Part shown: in pieces, positions 26,514-35,711 of the stretch
Position numbering within the stretch: position 1 is the first letter of the stretch
Layout: the number at the start of each line of letters is the position of its first letter
Assembly (NCBI GenBank): GCA_947646295.1
Contig: CANSGE010000001.1
Location: 1 to 35,711 of the forward strand
Length of the DNA: 35,711 nucleotides
Source: an uncultured Bacteroidales bacterium
GTDB taxonomy: Bacteria; Bacteroidota; Bacteroidia; Bacteroidales; Muribaculaceae
Direction: 5' to 3'
Position numbers and translations under genes: made by a program
Notes under the pieces: generated by a model
What the model was told of the DNA's origin: nothing
Seen by the model: only the letters and a program-made list of their open reading frames with translations
Databases searched by the model: none

Positions 26514-26892
26514 CCCTCGCCGCGGTATCAGCAGCAGATCCGAGAGGGGCTACCCTCACCCGGGGCGTCGACTCGGATAGCCGGCTTTGGTCGCCAACTA
26601 AGGTCGGCTCTACGAGCCTGTATTGCTCAGCTCCCACAGCACCCCGGCCTCCGCAAGCTCCAGCCGGGGTTTCTCTCAATCGTCGGGTCTCCGACCCTCG
26701 CCGCGGTATGAGCAGCATATCCGAGAGACGATGCCACGCCGGGGCGTCGTCTCGGGGAGTCGACCGTATTCACATGGCCGCAAGCAGTCCATGATTTTCT
26801 GTCTTTTGTGTCTTTTTGTTTTTCTGTCTTAGATTGGAAGTCGGCCCCATGCGCCAGCCCTTATAGTTTTATAGTTTTCTGGTCTTATTTTG
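26514..26892. repeat. Second cluster of the same REP-like and direct repeats
   Basis: CCCTCGCCGCGGTATsAGCAGCAkATCCGAGAG twice (~26514, ~26696); 26813-26892 resembles 22496-22577; 26740-26796 resembles 22607-22663. Confidence 0.75.
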
Positions 26893-26916
26893 CTGTATCA
26901 AGCCGCGTCTAAACGC

Positions 26917-26951
26917 AAAAGAGCCACAAGTCAACGACTTGTAGCTCTTTT
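26917..26951. terminator. Bidirectional intrinsic terminator after tRNA-Ser
   Basis: AAAA-GAGCCACAAGTC-AAC-GACTTGTAGCTC-TTTT. Confidence 0.82.
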
Positions 26952-26952
26952 C

Positions 26953-27040
<88 letters not shown>

Positions 27041-27050
27041 AATGGTGGTG

Positions 27051-27082
27051 CAAAGGTAGGCTGTTTTTTTTAATTATGCAAA
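27051..27082 (-). promoter_or_regulatory. Consensus Bacteroidetes promoter for tRNA-Ser
   Basis: TTTG (27079-27082), 20-nt spacer, TACCTTTG (27051-27058). Confidence 0.8.
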
Positions 27083-27103
27083 TTTTTGCACCACTTTTTT
27101 TCG

Positions 27104-28165
27104 TTATTTGTATTCTTTGATGGGGATGAGCCCTTTGAGAGCGCCGTCACCGTTCTGTGCGAGGGCGAGCATTTCGTTTTCGCCGGGGTAACGGAAGATG
27201 GGCGCGAGAAATTCCACGCGTTCGCTGATACGGCTCACTACATAGTCGGAATAGGCCACACCTCCCGTGAGCAGAATGGCGTCGACATTGCCACGGAGCG
27301 CCACGGCGGCCCCTCCGATTGATTTTGCGATTTGATATATCATGCCGTCGAGCACGAGACGGGCTTTTTCGTCGCCGGCTTCGATGCGTCGCACGATTTC
27401 CACTACGTCGGTAGTGCCCAGATGGGCTGCCAGGCCGGCGTTGCCGCTGATGCGGCGTTTGAGCTGCTCGCGGGTATATCGGCGCGAATAGCAGAGGTCG
27501 ATCAAGGCTCCGGGCGGAAGCGAGCCGGCGCGTTCGGGCGAGAATGGGCCTTCGCCGTCGAATGCGTTGTTGACGTCGATGCAGCGGCCTTTGCGATGGG
27601 CGCCTATGGAGATACCGCCTCCGAGGTGGGCGATGATCAGGTTGAGATCTTCGTAAGTGCGGCCTACGGAAGCTGCGTAGCGGCGGGCGATGGCGCGCTG
27701 ATTGAGCGCGTGCCATGTGGTGATGCGGGGCAGCAGGGGCGAGCCTGACACGCGGGCTTCGTCCTCGAGTTCGTCCACCACGCCCGGATCGGCTATGAAG
27801 GCGCGGCATCCGGGGATGCCGGAGGCGATGTTGCGGGAGATCCGGCAGCCGAGGTTGCAGGCGTGATTGCGCATGGGGTGTTCCATCTCGGAGAGCATGA
27901 GGTCATTGACCTCGTACACGCCGCCGGGGATGGGCTTGAGCAGACCGCCGCGGCCTACCACGGCGTCGAATTGCAGGGGGATACCGTTGTCGGCGAGTTC
28001 TTTGAGCACAAGGTCGCGGCGGTATTCGAATTGGTCGGATACTTTGGCGAACTGGCCGAGTTCCTCGACGGTATGGGGTATGTTTTTGACGAGGATGGGT
28101 TGCAGGTCGTCGAAGACGGCTATCTTAGTCGATGTAGAGCCCGGGTTTATCGTCAGAATTTTCAT
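27104..28165 (-). CDS. buk: Butyrate kinase
   Basis: INPGSTSTKIA, VGRGGLLKP, HACNLG, HALNQRA, AHLGGGIS, GPFSPERAG and YPGENEM motifs. Confidence 0.95.
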   Translation of the reverse strand: MKILTINPGSTSTKIAVFDDLQPILVKNIPHTVEELGQFAKVSDQFEYRRDLVLKELADNGIPLQFDAVVGRGGLLKPIPGGVYEVNDLMLSEMEHPMRNHACNLGCRISRNIASGIPGCRAFIADPGVVDELEDEARVSGSPLLPRITTWHALNQRAIARRYAASVGRTYEDLNLIIAHLGGGISIGAHRKGRCIDVNNAFDGEGPFSPERAGSLPPGALIDLCYSRRYTREQLKRRISGNAGLAAHLGTTDVVEIVRRIEAGDEKARLVLDGMIYQIAKSIGGAAVALRGNVDAILLTGGVAYSDYVVSRISERVEFLAPIFRYPGENEMLALAQNGDGALKGLIPIKEYK

Positions 28166-28224
28166 AAATTGCAGGAGTTAGGTAGTTATTCTATTGTGTG
28201 GAGAGGGTTGCGGGGCACGCTTTC

Positions 28225-29142
28225 TCAGCGGGCAAGCAGACAAGCCAGGGCGAGGCTGTAGAATTTTGCGGCGGCGCTGTCGCTGCGCGATGGCACCACT
28301 ACGGGGACCTTTGCTCCGACGACGACACCGGCGGTGAGTGCGTGGTTGAAGCAGGTGATGGTCTTGTAGAAAACGTTGGCGGCCTGGATGTCGGAGAAGA
28401 TGAGGGCGTCGGCATTGCCGCACACGTCGGATTGTATGCCTTTGATGCGGGCTGATTCAGCGTCGCATGCGGTCTTTACATCCATGGGGCCGTCGATGAG
28501 GGCGTTGCCGAAGTCGCCTGCGGCGCATTTTTCCTTGAGAGCGGCGTAGTCGAGTGTGACGGGAAATTTGGGCGATGTCTTCTCTGTGCAGTGGATGAGG
28601 GCCACACGCGGCCTGGAGATACCGAAGCGGCGGATGGCGTCGATGAGGTATCCGGCGATGGCTGTGCGCTGCTCCAGGGTGGGGTAGGGTATCACGGCCG
28701 CATCGGAGAAGAAGAGGAGACGGCCGAAGCCGGCCGGTTCGGTGACGGTGATGTGGGAGAGGACGTGTCCGGCGGGGAGTATGCCGTATTCTTTATTAAG
28801 AATCGCGCGCATGAGGTTGTCGGTATTAATAAGTCCTTTCATGATGATGTCCACTTGCCCCTCGCGTGCTGCGGTCACGGCACGCCTGGCGGCGTCGTCG
28901 GCGTCGGAGCAGGTGATGATTTCGAGGCGATCGGCATAAGGGGCGAGTTCGGAGCCTTCGATAGTCAATCCCGGGGCTGCGTAGATGGCAAAAACGGCCA
29001 TGTCGCATCCGAGGGCGCGGGCTACTGCCTGACGGGTGTGATCGTCGGCAGGGTTTACAACTGCTACACGTGGGCGGCGGCCGGTCGTTTTGACGGCTTG
29101 CTCGGCCAGCATTTGGAAGTCTTTGATAGGATTAATACACAT
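28225..29142 (-). CDS. ptb: Phosphate butyryltransferase (PTA/PTB family)
   Basis: IMKGLINT, VLSH, FSDAAVIPYP, IDGPMD, ANVFYK and VVVPSRSD motifs; upstream of buk. Start uncertain (29142 or 29181). Confidence 0.9.
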   Translation of the reverse strand: MCINPIKDFQMLAEQAVKTTGRRPRVAVVNPADDHTRQAVARALGCDMAVFAIYAAPGLTIEGSELAPYADRLEIITCSDADDAARRAVTAAREGQVDIIMKGLINTDNLMRAILNKEYGILPAGHVLSHITVTEPAGFGRLLFFSDAAVIPYPTLEQRTAIAGYLIDAIRRFGISRPRVALIHCTEKTSPKFPVTLDYAALKEKCAAGDFGNALIDGPMDVKTACDAESARIKGIQSDVCGNADALIFSDIQAANVFYKTITCFNHALTAGVVVGAKVPVVVPSRSDSAAAKFYSLALACLLAR

Positions 29143-29234
29143 TTTTGCGGATTTTGTGCAAATATCCGATTTTTTATACAATTTTCCAATATGTTATAAA
29201 ACATACTCTGCGTTTTTTCCGAAAATTTTTTATT

Positions 29235-29249
29235 TGCAACCGTGTTGCA
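29235..29249. promoter_or_regulatory. Palindromic operator TGCAAC-CGT-GTTGCA (candidate metal-regulator box)
   Basis: Perfect 6-3-6 dyad inside a longer imperfect palindrome (29224-29260), just upstream of the -7-like TATCTTCG (29263-29270). Confidence 0.65.
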
Positions 29250-29274
29250 GGATAAAAATTCGTATCTTCGCATT

Positions 29275-29682
29275 ATGAAAAAGCTACAGGCTGTCATATA
29301 TTGTTTGATGATGTCGGTGCTGCTGATGGCTGTGCCGCTTGCCAAGATGCATCATCACGATTGCGGAGGAGCTGTGTGCATGTGTGTCCATCCGGGGCAT
29401 CATCTCCACAGCCATGCCGAGCGCGATGCCTGTGCCTCGCATCCGGGCGATGCCCATCAGGATGATTGCGTGGTGTCGGTCGCTCAGACCGAGGCGGCGC
29501 AGCGGGTTGACGTCTCTGTGACGCCCGACTTTTCGCCGGCGGTCATCCCGGCCGGACAATCTGCCGTGCCGGAGCCGAAAGTGTATATTATCCATAAGGC
29601 TCCCGATGGCTATGTATTTCATCAGATAAAAAGATTTTGCAATGGCGCGGCCCCGCGCCGTGCCCCGCCGGCTGTGTGTTGA
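29275..29682 (+). CDS. His/Cys-rich leader protein with a C-terminal RAPP motif
   Basis: Signal-like N-terminus, HHHDCGGAVCMC, HHLHSH and terminal RRAPPAVC. Confidence 0.78.
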   Translation: MKKLQAVIYCLMMSVLLMAVPLAKMHHHDCGGAVCMCVHPGHHLHSHAERDACASHPGDAHQDDCVVSVAQTEAAQRVDVSVTPDFSPAVIPAGQSAVPEPKVYIIHKAPDGYVFHQIKRFCNGAAPRRAPPAVC

Positions 29683-29728
29683 TAATTGACTGAATTATTT
29701 ACACATACCATCTTTTTATCTCATCCCC

Positions 29729-30871
29729 ATGAAATTTTACCATATATTGATGATAAGCGGTCTCCTCGCCGGGATGACCGCTGCATGCAAGCCACACGAA
29801 AAGGATGAGCTTGCACATGACCATGCACACGAGCAGCAAGCAGCAGAAGCTCACGAACACCGCCCAGGTGAGATAGTCCTCGAAGCAGAAATGGCCGCAC
29901 GCCTCGGTGTGGAGGCTGATACCGTGAGCTACGCGCCTACCGGGAATGCTCTGAAAGTCAGTGGTGTGGTCGAGGCCGCAGCCGGCTCTACAGGAGCTGT
30001 CTCGGCGCCCGCGGCCGGAATACTCACACTCGCCCGGGGAATCACCGAAGGCGCGCAGGTGCGTGCCGGCGAGCTGATCGGTACAGTCCGCTCTACCGGA
30101 GTGTCCGGGGGCGACCGGAATCGCGCGGCCCGTGTAGAACTCGAAGCGGCCCGCGCCGAACTTGAGCGTGTGACTCCACTTTGGGAAGAGCGCCTCGTCA
30201 CCCGCTCGCAATACAATGCCGCCGTGGCGGCCTATGAGCGGGCCCAAGCCGCATATAGCGCACCGGCCGCCTCCGGCCGTATCACCGCTCCCGTAGGTGG
30301 AGTCATCACCTCACTGGAGGCTCTCAACGGCCAATATGTAGAGACCGGAGCTGTGGTGGCCACGATCGGCAACTCCGCATCCCTCACCTTGCGTGCCGAC
30401 GTACCTGCGCGCAATTCGGACGTCATCGGCTCTGTCAAAGACGCTCGCATTGTATTGCCCTACAGCGGCGAACAATTGCTGCTGAGCGATCTCGGCGGCC
30501 GCCGTGCCGGCGCCTCTGCCTCGGCCTCGCGTCCGGGCTATGTGCCTGTGACATTTACCTTTGCCGGTCACGAGGGATTGCTGCCGGGCACCGCCGTGGA
30601 GGTATATCTGCTTGGAGGCGACAGCCATGAGGCTATAGCTGTGCCCGTGGATGCCTTGGTAGAGCAGCAGGGTAATTTCTATGTATATCACAAGCTCGAT
30701 GATGATTGCTATGAAAAGCTGCCCGTCAAGACCGGCCGCAGCGATGGCAGCCGGGTAGAAATACTCTCGGGCCTCGCCGGCGGTGAGTGTATTGTCACAC
30801 GCGGGGCTACGGTCATCACGCTCGCCGCTGCTTCCGGAAATATCCCCGAAGGTCATTCACATCAACACTAA
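29729..30871 (+). CDS. RND periplasmic adaptor (CzcB/CusB-type lipoprotein)
   Basis: Lipobox TAAC, His-rich N-terminus, ITAPVGG, GRSDGSRVEILSGL and terminal GHSHQH. Confidence 0.92.
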   Translation: MKFYHILMISGLLAGMTAACKPHEKDELAHDHAHEQQAAEAHEHRPGEIVLEAEMAARLGVEADTVSYAPTGNALKVSGVVEAAAGSTGAVSAPAAGILTLARGITEGAQVRAGELIGTVRSTGVSGGDRNRAARVELEAARAELERVTPLWEERLVTRSQYNAAVAAYERAQAAYSAPAASGRITAPVGGVITSLEALNGQYVETGAVVATIGNSASLTLRADVPARNSDVIGSVKDARIVLPYSGEQLLLSDLGGRRAGASASASRPGYVPVTFTFAGHEGLLPGTAVEVYLLGGDSHEAIAVPVDALVEQQGNFYVYHKLDDDCYEKLPVKTGRSDGSRVEILSGLAGGECIVTRGATVITLAAASGNIPEGHSHQH

Positions 30872-30877
30872 ACGCAC

Positions 30878-33800
30878 ATGCTTAACAAGATAATACATTG
30901 GTCGCTGGCCAATCGGCTTGCCGTACTCGGGCTGAGCATACTGATCTTTGTGGCCGGCCTTTACGCGCTTTTTCATACCGAAGTGGATATTTTCCCCGAT
31001 CTCAACGCACCCACGGTGACCGTAATGACCGAGGCTCCGGGAATGGCTGCCGAGGAAGTCGAGCAGATCGTGACCTTCCCTATAGAGACGGCTGTTAATG
31101 GTGCTACGGGCGTGCGCCGCGTGCGTTCATCATCGTCCACAGGCTTTTCGGTGGTAAATATCGAATTTGACTGGGGCACGGACATCTATCAGGCGCGTCA
31201 GACGGTGAGCGAGCGTCTCTCGGCTGTGAGTACCTCCCTTCCGGCCGGAGTGGAGGCTCCGGTGATGGGGCCTACCTCATCGATTCTGGGCGAGATGCTC
31301 ACTATCGGTCTTACGGCCGACAGTACCTCTCTGCTGCAGCTGCGCACTTTGGCTGACCGGGTGGTGGCGCCGCGCCTGCTGGCGATGGGCGGTGTGGCGC
31401 AGGTGTCGGTGCAGGGCGGCGATCCGCGCGAATATCAGATACGTTTTGACCCCGCGCGCATGAAAGCACTCGGGGTGACGCTCGATGAGCTGACCGCGGC
31501 AGCCGAGAGTCTCAACGACAATGCTGCCGGCGGTATCGTGTACGATTATGGCAATGAATACATAGTGAAGGGGCTGCTCAATACGGCATCGACCGATGAA
31601 CTCGCGCTGGCGGTAGTGCGTTCCGACGACCGCGGGATAGTGACTATCGGCGATGTGGCCGACGTGGTGGTGGGAGGCGCGCAGCCCCGGCTTGGCACCG
31701 CATCGCTCGACGCGCATCCGGCAGTGCTGGTCACTGTGACCAAGCAACCCAATGTAGGGACCGTGCAGCTCACCTCGCGTATCGAGGACGAACTGGCCGA
31801 CATGGCTTCGACTCTTCCCTCGGATGTGAAGATATCGACCGATATTTTCCGCCAGAGCGATTTTATAGATACGTCAATCTCCAACCTGCAGCAGGCGTTG
31901 CTCGAAGGCGCGTTTTTTGTGATTGTGGTGCTCTTTTTCTTCCTGATGAACCTGCGCACCACGATTATCTCTGTGACGGCTCTTCCGCTGTCGATCATCA
32001 TATCAGTGCTGATACTCAATGCCATGGGCTATACCATCAATACAATGAGCCTGGGCGGTATCGCCATAGCCATCGGTTCGCTGGTTGATGATGCGATCGT
32101 GGATGTCGAGAATGTGTACAAGCGTCTGCGGCAGAACCGCTCTCTGCCTCCGGCCGACAGGCGGCGGGCCGTGGATGTGGTGTATGATGCATCGGCGGAG
32201 GTGCGTCTGCCTATCTTCAATTCGTCCCTGATCATCATAGCGAGCTTCATGCCGCTCTTTTTCCTGACGGGTATGGAGGGACGCCTGCTGATACCGCTCG
32301 GAGTGGCATTCATCGTAGCGCTGATAGCTTCCACTATCGTGGCTCTGACACTCACGCCGGTCTTGTGCTCCTATATGCTCGGCGGCAGTGCGGCGCAGGA
32401 GTCGGCGCTCGACCGCGAGCCATGGCTTACGCGCAAATTGCGTGCCGGATATGTGCGGGCGCTCAGCTATTGTATCGCCCATACTCGGGCATTGCTTACT
32501 GTCACAGGCGTTTGCCTTGTGGTGGCCATCGGACTCTTCATGACTCTCGGACGCTCATTTCTGCCTTCATTCAATGAAGGCTCATTCACCATCAATGTAT
32601 CGACCCTCCCCGGCATCTCGCTTGATGAGAGTGACAATATCGGGCGTGAGGCCGAGCGGATCATCATGAGCGTGCCCGAGGTGACTACTGTGGCCCGCAA
32701 GACCGGGCGCGCGGAGCTGGCCGAACACTCATTCGGCCCCAACGTGAGCGAGATGGACGTGCCATATGTGCTCGACGGCCGCACCCGCAATGAAGTGGCG
32801 CGCGAGATACGCGAGAAACTCTCCGAGCTGCCGGGCGTCAACGTGGAAATCGGGCAGCCCATCTCGCACCGTATTGATGCAATGCTCTCGGGCACGCAGG
32901 CTCAGATAGCGATAAAGATTTTCGGCAACGACCTCAATACGCTTTACTCGCTTGCGCAGACGGTCAAGCGCGAGATTTCGGATGTGGAAGGTATCGTGGA
33001 CGTGAATGTGGAGCAGCAGGTCGAGCGCCCCGAGCTGGTGATACGTCCGCGTCGCGAGGTGCTGGCGCAGTACGGTGTGACGATGGCTGATTTCAGCCGT
33101 GCTGTCTCGACGGCTGTGTCCGGGCACCGCGTGTCGCAGGTATACGACGGCGGCCTGCCATATGATATCACGCTGATGGCTGATTCGGCGGCGCGCTCGT
33201 CGCTGGAGGGTATCCGCAATCTGCCCGTGATGACCAACCGCGGCTATCTGCCCCTGAGCAATCTCGCGGAGATACGCTCGGTGAGCGGCCCCAATGTAGT
33301 CAATCGCGAGAATGTGAAGCGCCGCATTGTCATCTCGGCCAATGTGGACGGCCGCGACCTGCGCGGAGCTGTCGACGATATCCGGGCCCGGGTGTCCGAC
33401 GGTGTCGAGTTGCCCGAGAATTACTATCTGAGCTACGGCGGCCAGTTTGAGAGCGAGTCGAAGGCATCCCAGACTCTGTTTCTGACGTCGCTTTGCGCTC
33501 TGCTGGTCATATTGATGCTGCTTTACGGCCAATTCCGCAATCTGACGGAGTCATTGGTGATATTGCTCAATATTCCGCTTGCCATGATCGGGGCTGTGTT
33601 TATCCTGGCAATTACCGGCGGCGAAATGAATATCCCGGCAATCATAGGCTTCATATCGCTGCTGGGTATCACCACGCGCAACGGTATGCTGCTGATGAGC
33701 CGCTACAACAGTCTGGCCGCGGCCGGATGTGCGCTTGATGAGCGTGTATATGAAGGCTCGTCGGACCGCCTGCTGCCCATCATCATGACGGCACTTACAT

Positions 33801-33970
33801 CGGCGCTGGCTCTGATACCGCTCGCCATCAACGGCGACAAGACCGGCAACGAAATCCAGTCGCCGCTCGCCACGGTGATCATCGGCGGTCTGATAAGCTC
33901 CACGATACTCAATCTGCTTGTCATTCCGGCGGTATATCGTCTGATTAATCTCAAAAAATCGAAAAAATGA
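30878..33970 (+). CDS. Heavy-metal RND efflux transporter (CzcA/CusA family)
   Basis: VDIFPDL, NTMSLGGIAIAIGSLVDDAIVDVEN and RLLPIIMTAL motifs; 1030 aa. Confidence 0.95.
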   Translation: MLNKIIHWSLANRLAVLGLSILIFVAGLYALFHTEVDIFPDLNAPTVTVMTEAPGMAAEEVEQIVTFPIETAVNGATGVRRVRSSSSTGFSVVNIEFDWGTDIYQARQTVSERLSAVSTSLPAGVEAPVMGPTSSILGEMLTIGLTADSTSLLQLRTLADRVVAPRLLAMGGVAQVSVQGGDPREYQIRFDPARMKALGVTLDELTAAAESLNDNAAGGIVYDYGNEYIVKGLLNTASTDELALAVVRSDDRGIVTIGDVADVVVGGAQPRLGTASLDAHPAVLVTVTKQPNVGTVQLTSRIEDELADMASTLPSDVKISTDIFRQSDFIDTSISNLQQALLEGAFFVIVVLFFFLMNLRTTIISVTALPLSIIISVLILNAMGYTINTMSLGGIAIAIGSLVDDAIVDVENVYKRLRQNRSLPPADRRRAVDVVYDASAEVRLPIFNSSLIIIASFMPLFFLTGMEGRLLIPLGVAFIVALIASTIVALTLTPVLCSYMLGGSAAQESALDREPWLTRKLRAGYVRALSYCIAHTRALLTVTGVCLVVAIGLFMTLGRSFLPSFNEGSFTINVSTLPGISLDESDNIGREAERIIMSVPEVTTVARKTGRAELAEHSFGPNVSEMDVPYVLDGRTRNEVAREIREKLSELPGVNVEIGQPISHRIDAMLSGTQAQIAIKIFGNDLNTLYSLAQTVKREISDVEGIVDVNVEQQVERPELVIRPRREVLAQYGVTMADFSRAVSTAVSGHRVSQVYDGGLPYDITLMADSAARSSLEGIRNLPVMTNRGYLPLSNLAEIRSVSGPNVVNRENVKRRIVISANVDGRDLRGAVDDIRARVSDGVELPENYYLSYGGQFESESKASQTLFLTSLCALLVILMLLYGQFRNLTESLVILLNIPLAMIGAVFILAITGGEMNIPAIIGFISLLGITTRNGMLLMSRYNSLAAAGCALDERVYEGSSDRLLPIIMTALTSALALIPLAINGDKTGNEIQSPLATVIIGGLISSTILNLLVIPAVYRLINLKKSKK

Positions 33971-35142
33971 AAAAGATCATATATATATTGATGAGCTTGT
34001 GCGCGGTGTCGGGGGCTTCGGCCGCCGTACCCGACTATGATGCCGTGCTGGCAAGAGCCATGGCCAGCTCGTACGGTGTCGCGCCCGACAGTCTCCGCGC
34101 CGTGGCAGCTGTAGCCGAGGCCGAAGCCGCGAATATGCTTGAGGGGCCCGAGGTGGAATTCGAGCATCTTTGGCCGCAAAGCGCCGGACATATCAAATGG
34201 TCGGCCGGAGTAAGCCAGGCATTTGACTGGCCCGGAGCCTATCAGGCACGCAGGGCCGAGAGTGCTGCCATGCGTGATGTCTCGGCCGCGGTGCTTCGGT
34301 CGGTCACATATGACAAGGCCTTTGCCATCAAGCAGTACATTGTGGATATCATCAACGCGCGCCAGCGGCTGGCAGTGTATGAAAGCATTGCGGAGGATCT
34401 TGATTCGCTCGCCGAACTTGTATCGCGGGCCTACGAGCTTGGCGACGGCACGATACTCGATCTGCGCAAAGCGCGTATCGCGGTGCTCGATAATCGCCGC
34501 GAATTGGCAGCCCTGAGAGCCGATCTTTCGTCGCTTCAGTCATCGCTCCGGGCCTACGGCCTTGACGGTGAGGATGTGGAGCAGTGGACTGCCTATCCCC
34601 CACAGCCGCTTGTAAATCCGGCCGACGATTCGCGCAACTATACTGAATTGCGTGCTCTGGGTGCCGAGTATCGGGCTGCCGGCGCGCGCGCACGCACGGC
34701 GGCTATGGAGGCGTATCCTTCATTTTCCGTTGGGTATCGCCACAGCTATGAGGAGGCAACGCATTTCAATGGTTTTTCCGTGAGCATGACCTTACCCTCA
34801 TGGGGCGCATCCCGCCGGCGTAAAGCCGCTGCTCTTGAGGCCGAGGCCCTTGCCGCCGAAATCGACGCCAAGACTATCGAGCTGACTTCGCGGGACGCCT
34901 CTACCTATACTCTTGCCCTGGAGCTGGCTGCCGACATCTCTGATTTCCGCGACCTCTCGGGCGACGACAGTTACCTCACTCTCTTGCGCCGGGCATTTGA
35001 CGGCGGAGAGCTCACTGTGCTCACCTATCTCAACGAGATCAATGCCTTCCGAGTGGCGCGTCTGAGCTATCTCGACCTCGTCTACCGCTACAATCTCGCC
35101 TTGACGAGTCTCAACCGATACCGCTCCGTCTACTTCGAGTGA
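33967..35142 (+). CDS. TolC-family outer-membrane efflux protein (CzcC-like)
   Basis: Signal peptide, VSQAFDWPG, YPSFSVGY and AFDGGELTVLTYL; ATGA overlap with the RND gene. Confidence 0.9.
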   Translation: MKKIIYILMSLCAVSGASAAVPDYDAVLARAMASSYGVAPDSLRAVAAVAEAEAANMLEGPEVEFEHLWPQSAGHIKWSAGVSQAFDWPGAYQARRAESAAMRDVSAAVLRSVTYDKAFAIKQYIVDIINARQRLAVYESIAEDLDSLAELVSRAYELGDGTILDLRKARIAVLDNRRELAALRADLSSLQSSLRAYGLDGEDVEQWTAYPPQPLVNPADDSRNYTELRALGAEYRAAGARARTAAMEAYPSFSVGYRHSYEEATHFNGFSVSMTLPSWGASRRRKAAALEAEALAAEIDAKTIELTSRDASTYTLALELAADISDFRDLSGDDSYLTLLRRAFDGGELTVLTYLNEINAFRVARLSYLDLVYRYNLALTSLNRYRSVYFE

Positions 35143-35352
35143 CGTGTCTTTCCGGCTCTTTTTAGCCGGTTTCGAAATAAAATGCATACAAAGGGTGTAG
35201 AGGGCGTCGGCCGCAGGGCTGATGCCCTCCGGCTCTTTACCGAATAATTCGTGGTCCATGATGGCTTTGTACACTTCGCCGGCGAGTGCAAAATCAGCTT
35301 TTGCCAGGGCATCCGCTACGATTTTGGGGAATTTTACAGTAGTTCGTTTCAT
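34798..35352 (-). CDS. Hypothetical protein with a DUF6291-like N-terminus; 3' part runs antisense into the TolC gene
   Basis: AGEVYKAIMDHELFGKEPEGISPAADALY pattern; own promoter TTG-20 nt-TATCTTTG at 35381-35411 (minus strand). Confidence 0.5.
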   Translation of the reverse strand: MKRTTVKFPKIVADALAKADFALAGEVYKAIMDHELFGKEPEGISPAADALYTLCMHFISKPAKKSRKDTSLEVDGAVSVETRQGEIVAVDEVEIAQTRHSEGIDLVEIGEHSELSAVKCPAQESEVTVVAREVAEIRDVGSQLQGKSIGRGVPRSQLDSLGVDFGGKGLGLKSSGFTPAGCAP

Positions 35353-35445
35353 TGTTTATTGAATTTAGAATTTGACGCTGCAAAGATAATATTTAAATTT
35401 ATTATATGCAAGAAATATTGAATAAATTACATAAGATTTATTTTT

Positions 35446-35711
35446 TTAGAATCTATCTTTTTCGGAGTTGGCAGCACCGCGCCCCCTGAAACGCGAACGG
35501 GCGGCATTGAAATTGTAGCGAAAAGTCAGAGAAAAGTCGCGTGTATCGTATATTTTGTTTACGCTTACAGCGCTCATAGCATCGTATTGAGTAATTTGCT
35601 GGCGATAAGTGTTGAACACATCGTTGAATTGAAGTTTTACACTCCATGTATCGTTTGCAAAGGATTTGTATAATCCGAGGTCGCAGTTCCAACGACTTTT
35701 GAGATACACGT
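35446..35711 (-). CDS. C-terminus of an outer-membrane beta-barrel protein (5' part outside the window)
   Basis: DLGLYKSF, KLQFNDVFNT, RDFSLTFRYNFN and SRFRGRGAANSEKDRF. Confidence 0.8.
   Translation of the reverse strand, partial: VYLKSRWNCDLGLYKSFANDTWSVKLQFNDVFNTYRQQITQYDAMSAVSVNKIYDTRDFSLTFRYNFNAARSRFRGRGAANSEKDRF

Noticed and set aside
27104-29142. ptb-buk as proof of butyrate production
   Set aside because: The pair is common in Bacteroidales and may act on branched-chain acyl-CoAs; no upstream butyryl-CoA pathway genes are in the window.

Overview
Bacteroidales chromosomal window; the TAnnTTTG promoters, UpxY-type NusG paralog, ptb-buk pair and BspA protein suggest Muribaculaceae or Prevotellaceae (inference). 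Bases 1-17635 are a minus-strand capsular polysaccharide (CPS) operon. It encodes a UDP-HexNAc epimerase and dehydrogenase, an SDR/cytidylyltransferase fusion, Wzx, LicD, three glycosyltransferases, Wzy, an acetyltransferase, a TupA-like ATP-grasp enzyme, an AATGal-type aminotransferase with its phosphoglycosyl transferase, and a second DegT aminotransferase. The head of the operon is the most unusual part. (1) A 179-bp segment carrying a promoter -7 box is flanked by 15-bp perfect inverted repeats shaped like tyrosine-recombinase sites, and it currently points away from the operon (predicted OFF). (2) The first gene fuses an apparently catalytically dead tyrosine recombinase to an UpxY/NusG antiterminator. 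(3) A 515-aa helical orphan sits where upxZ normally lies. No intact invertase is present in the window. The rest holds a membrane protein/ECF sigma/OM barrel/ferredoxin operon, an OMP pseudogene, a BspA LRR gene with a structured leader and REP-like flanking repeats, tRNA-Ser(TGA), ptb-buk, and a CzcCBA/CusCBA-type efflux operon preceded by a palindromic operator and a His/Cys-rich leader ending in RAPP. All family calls come from motif recognition by eye; no searches were run.
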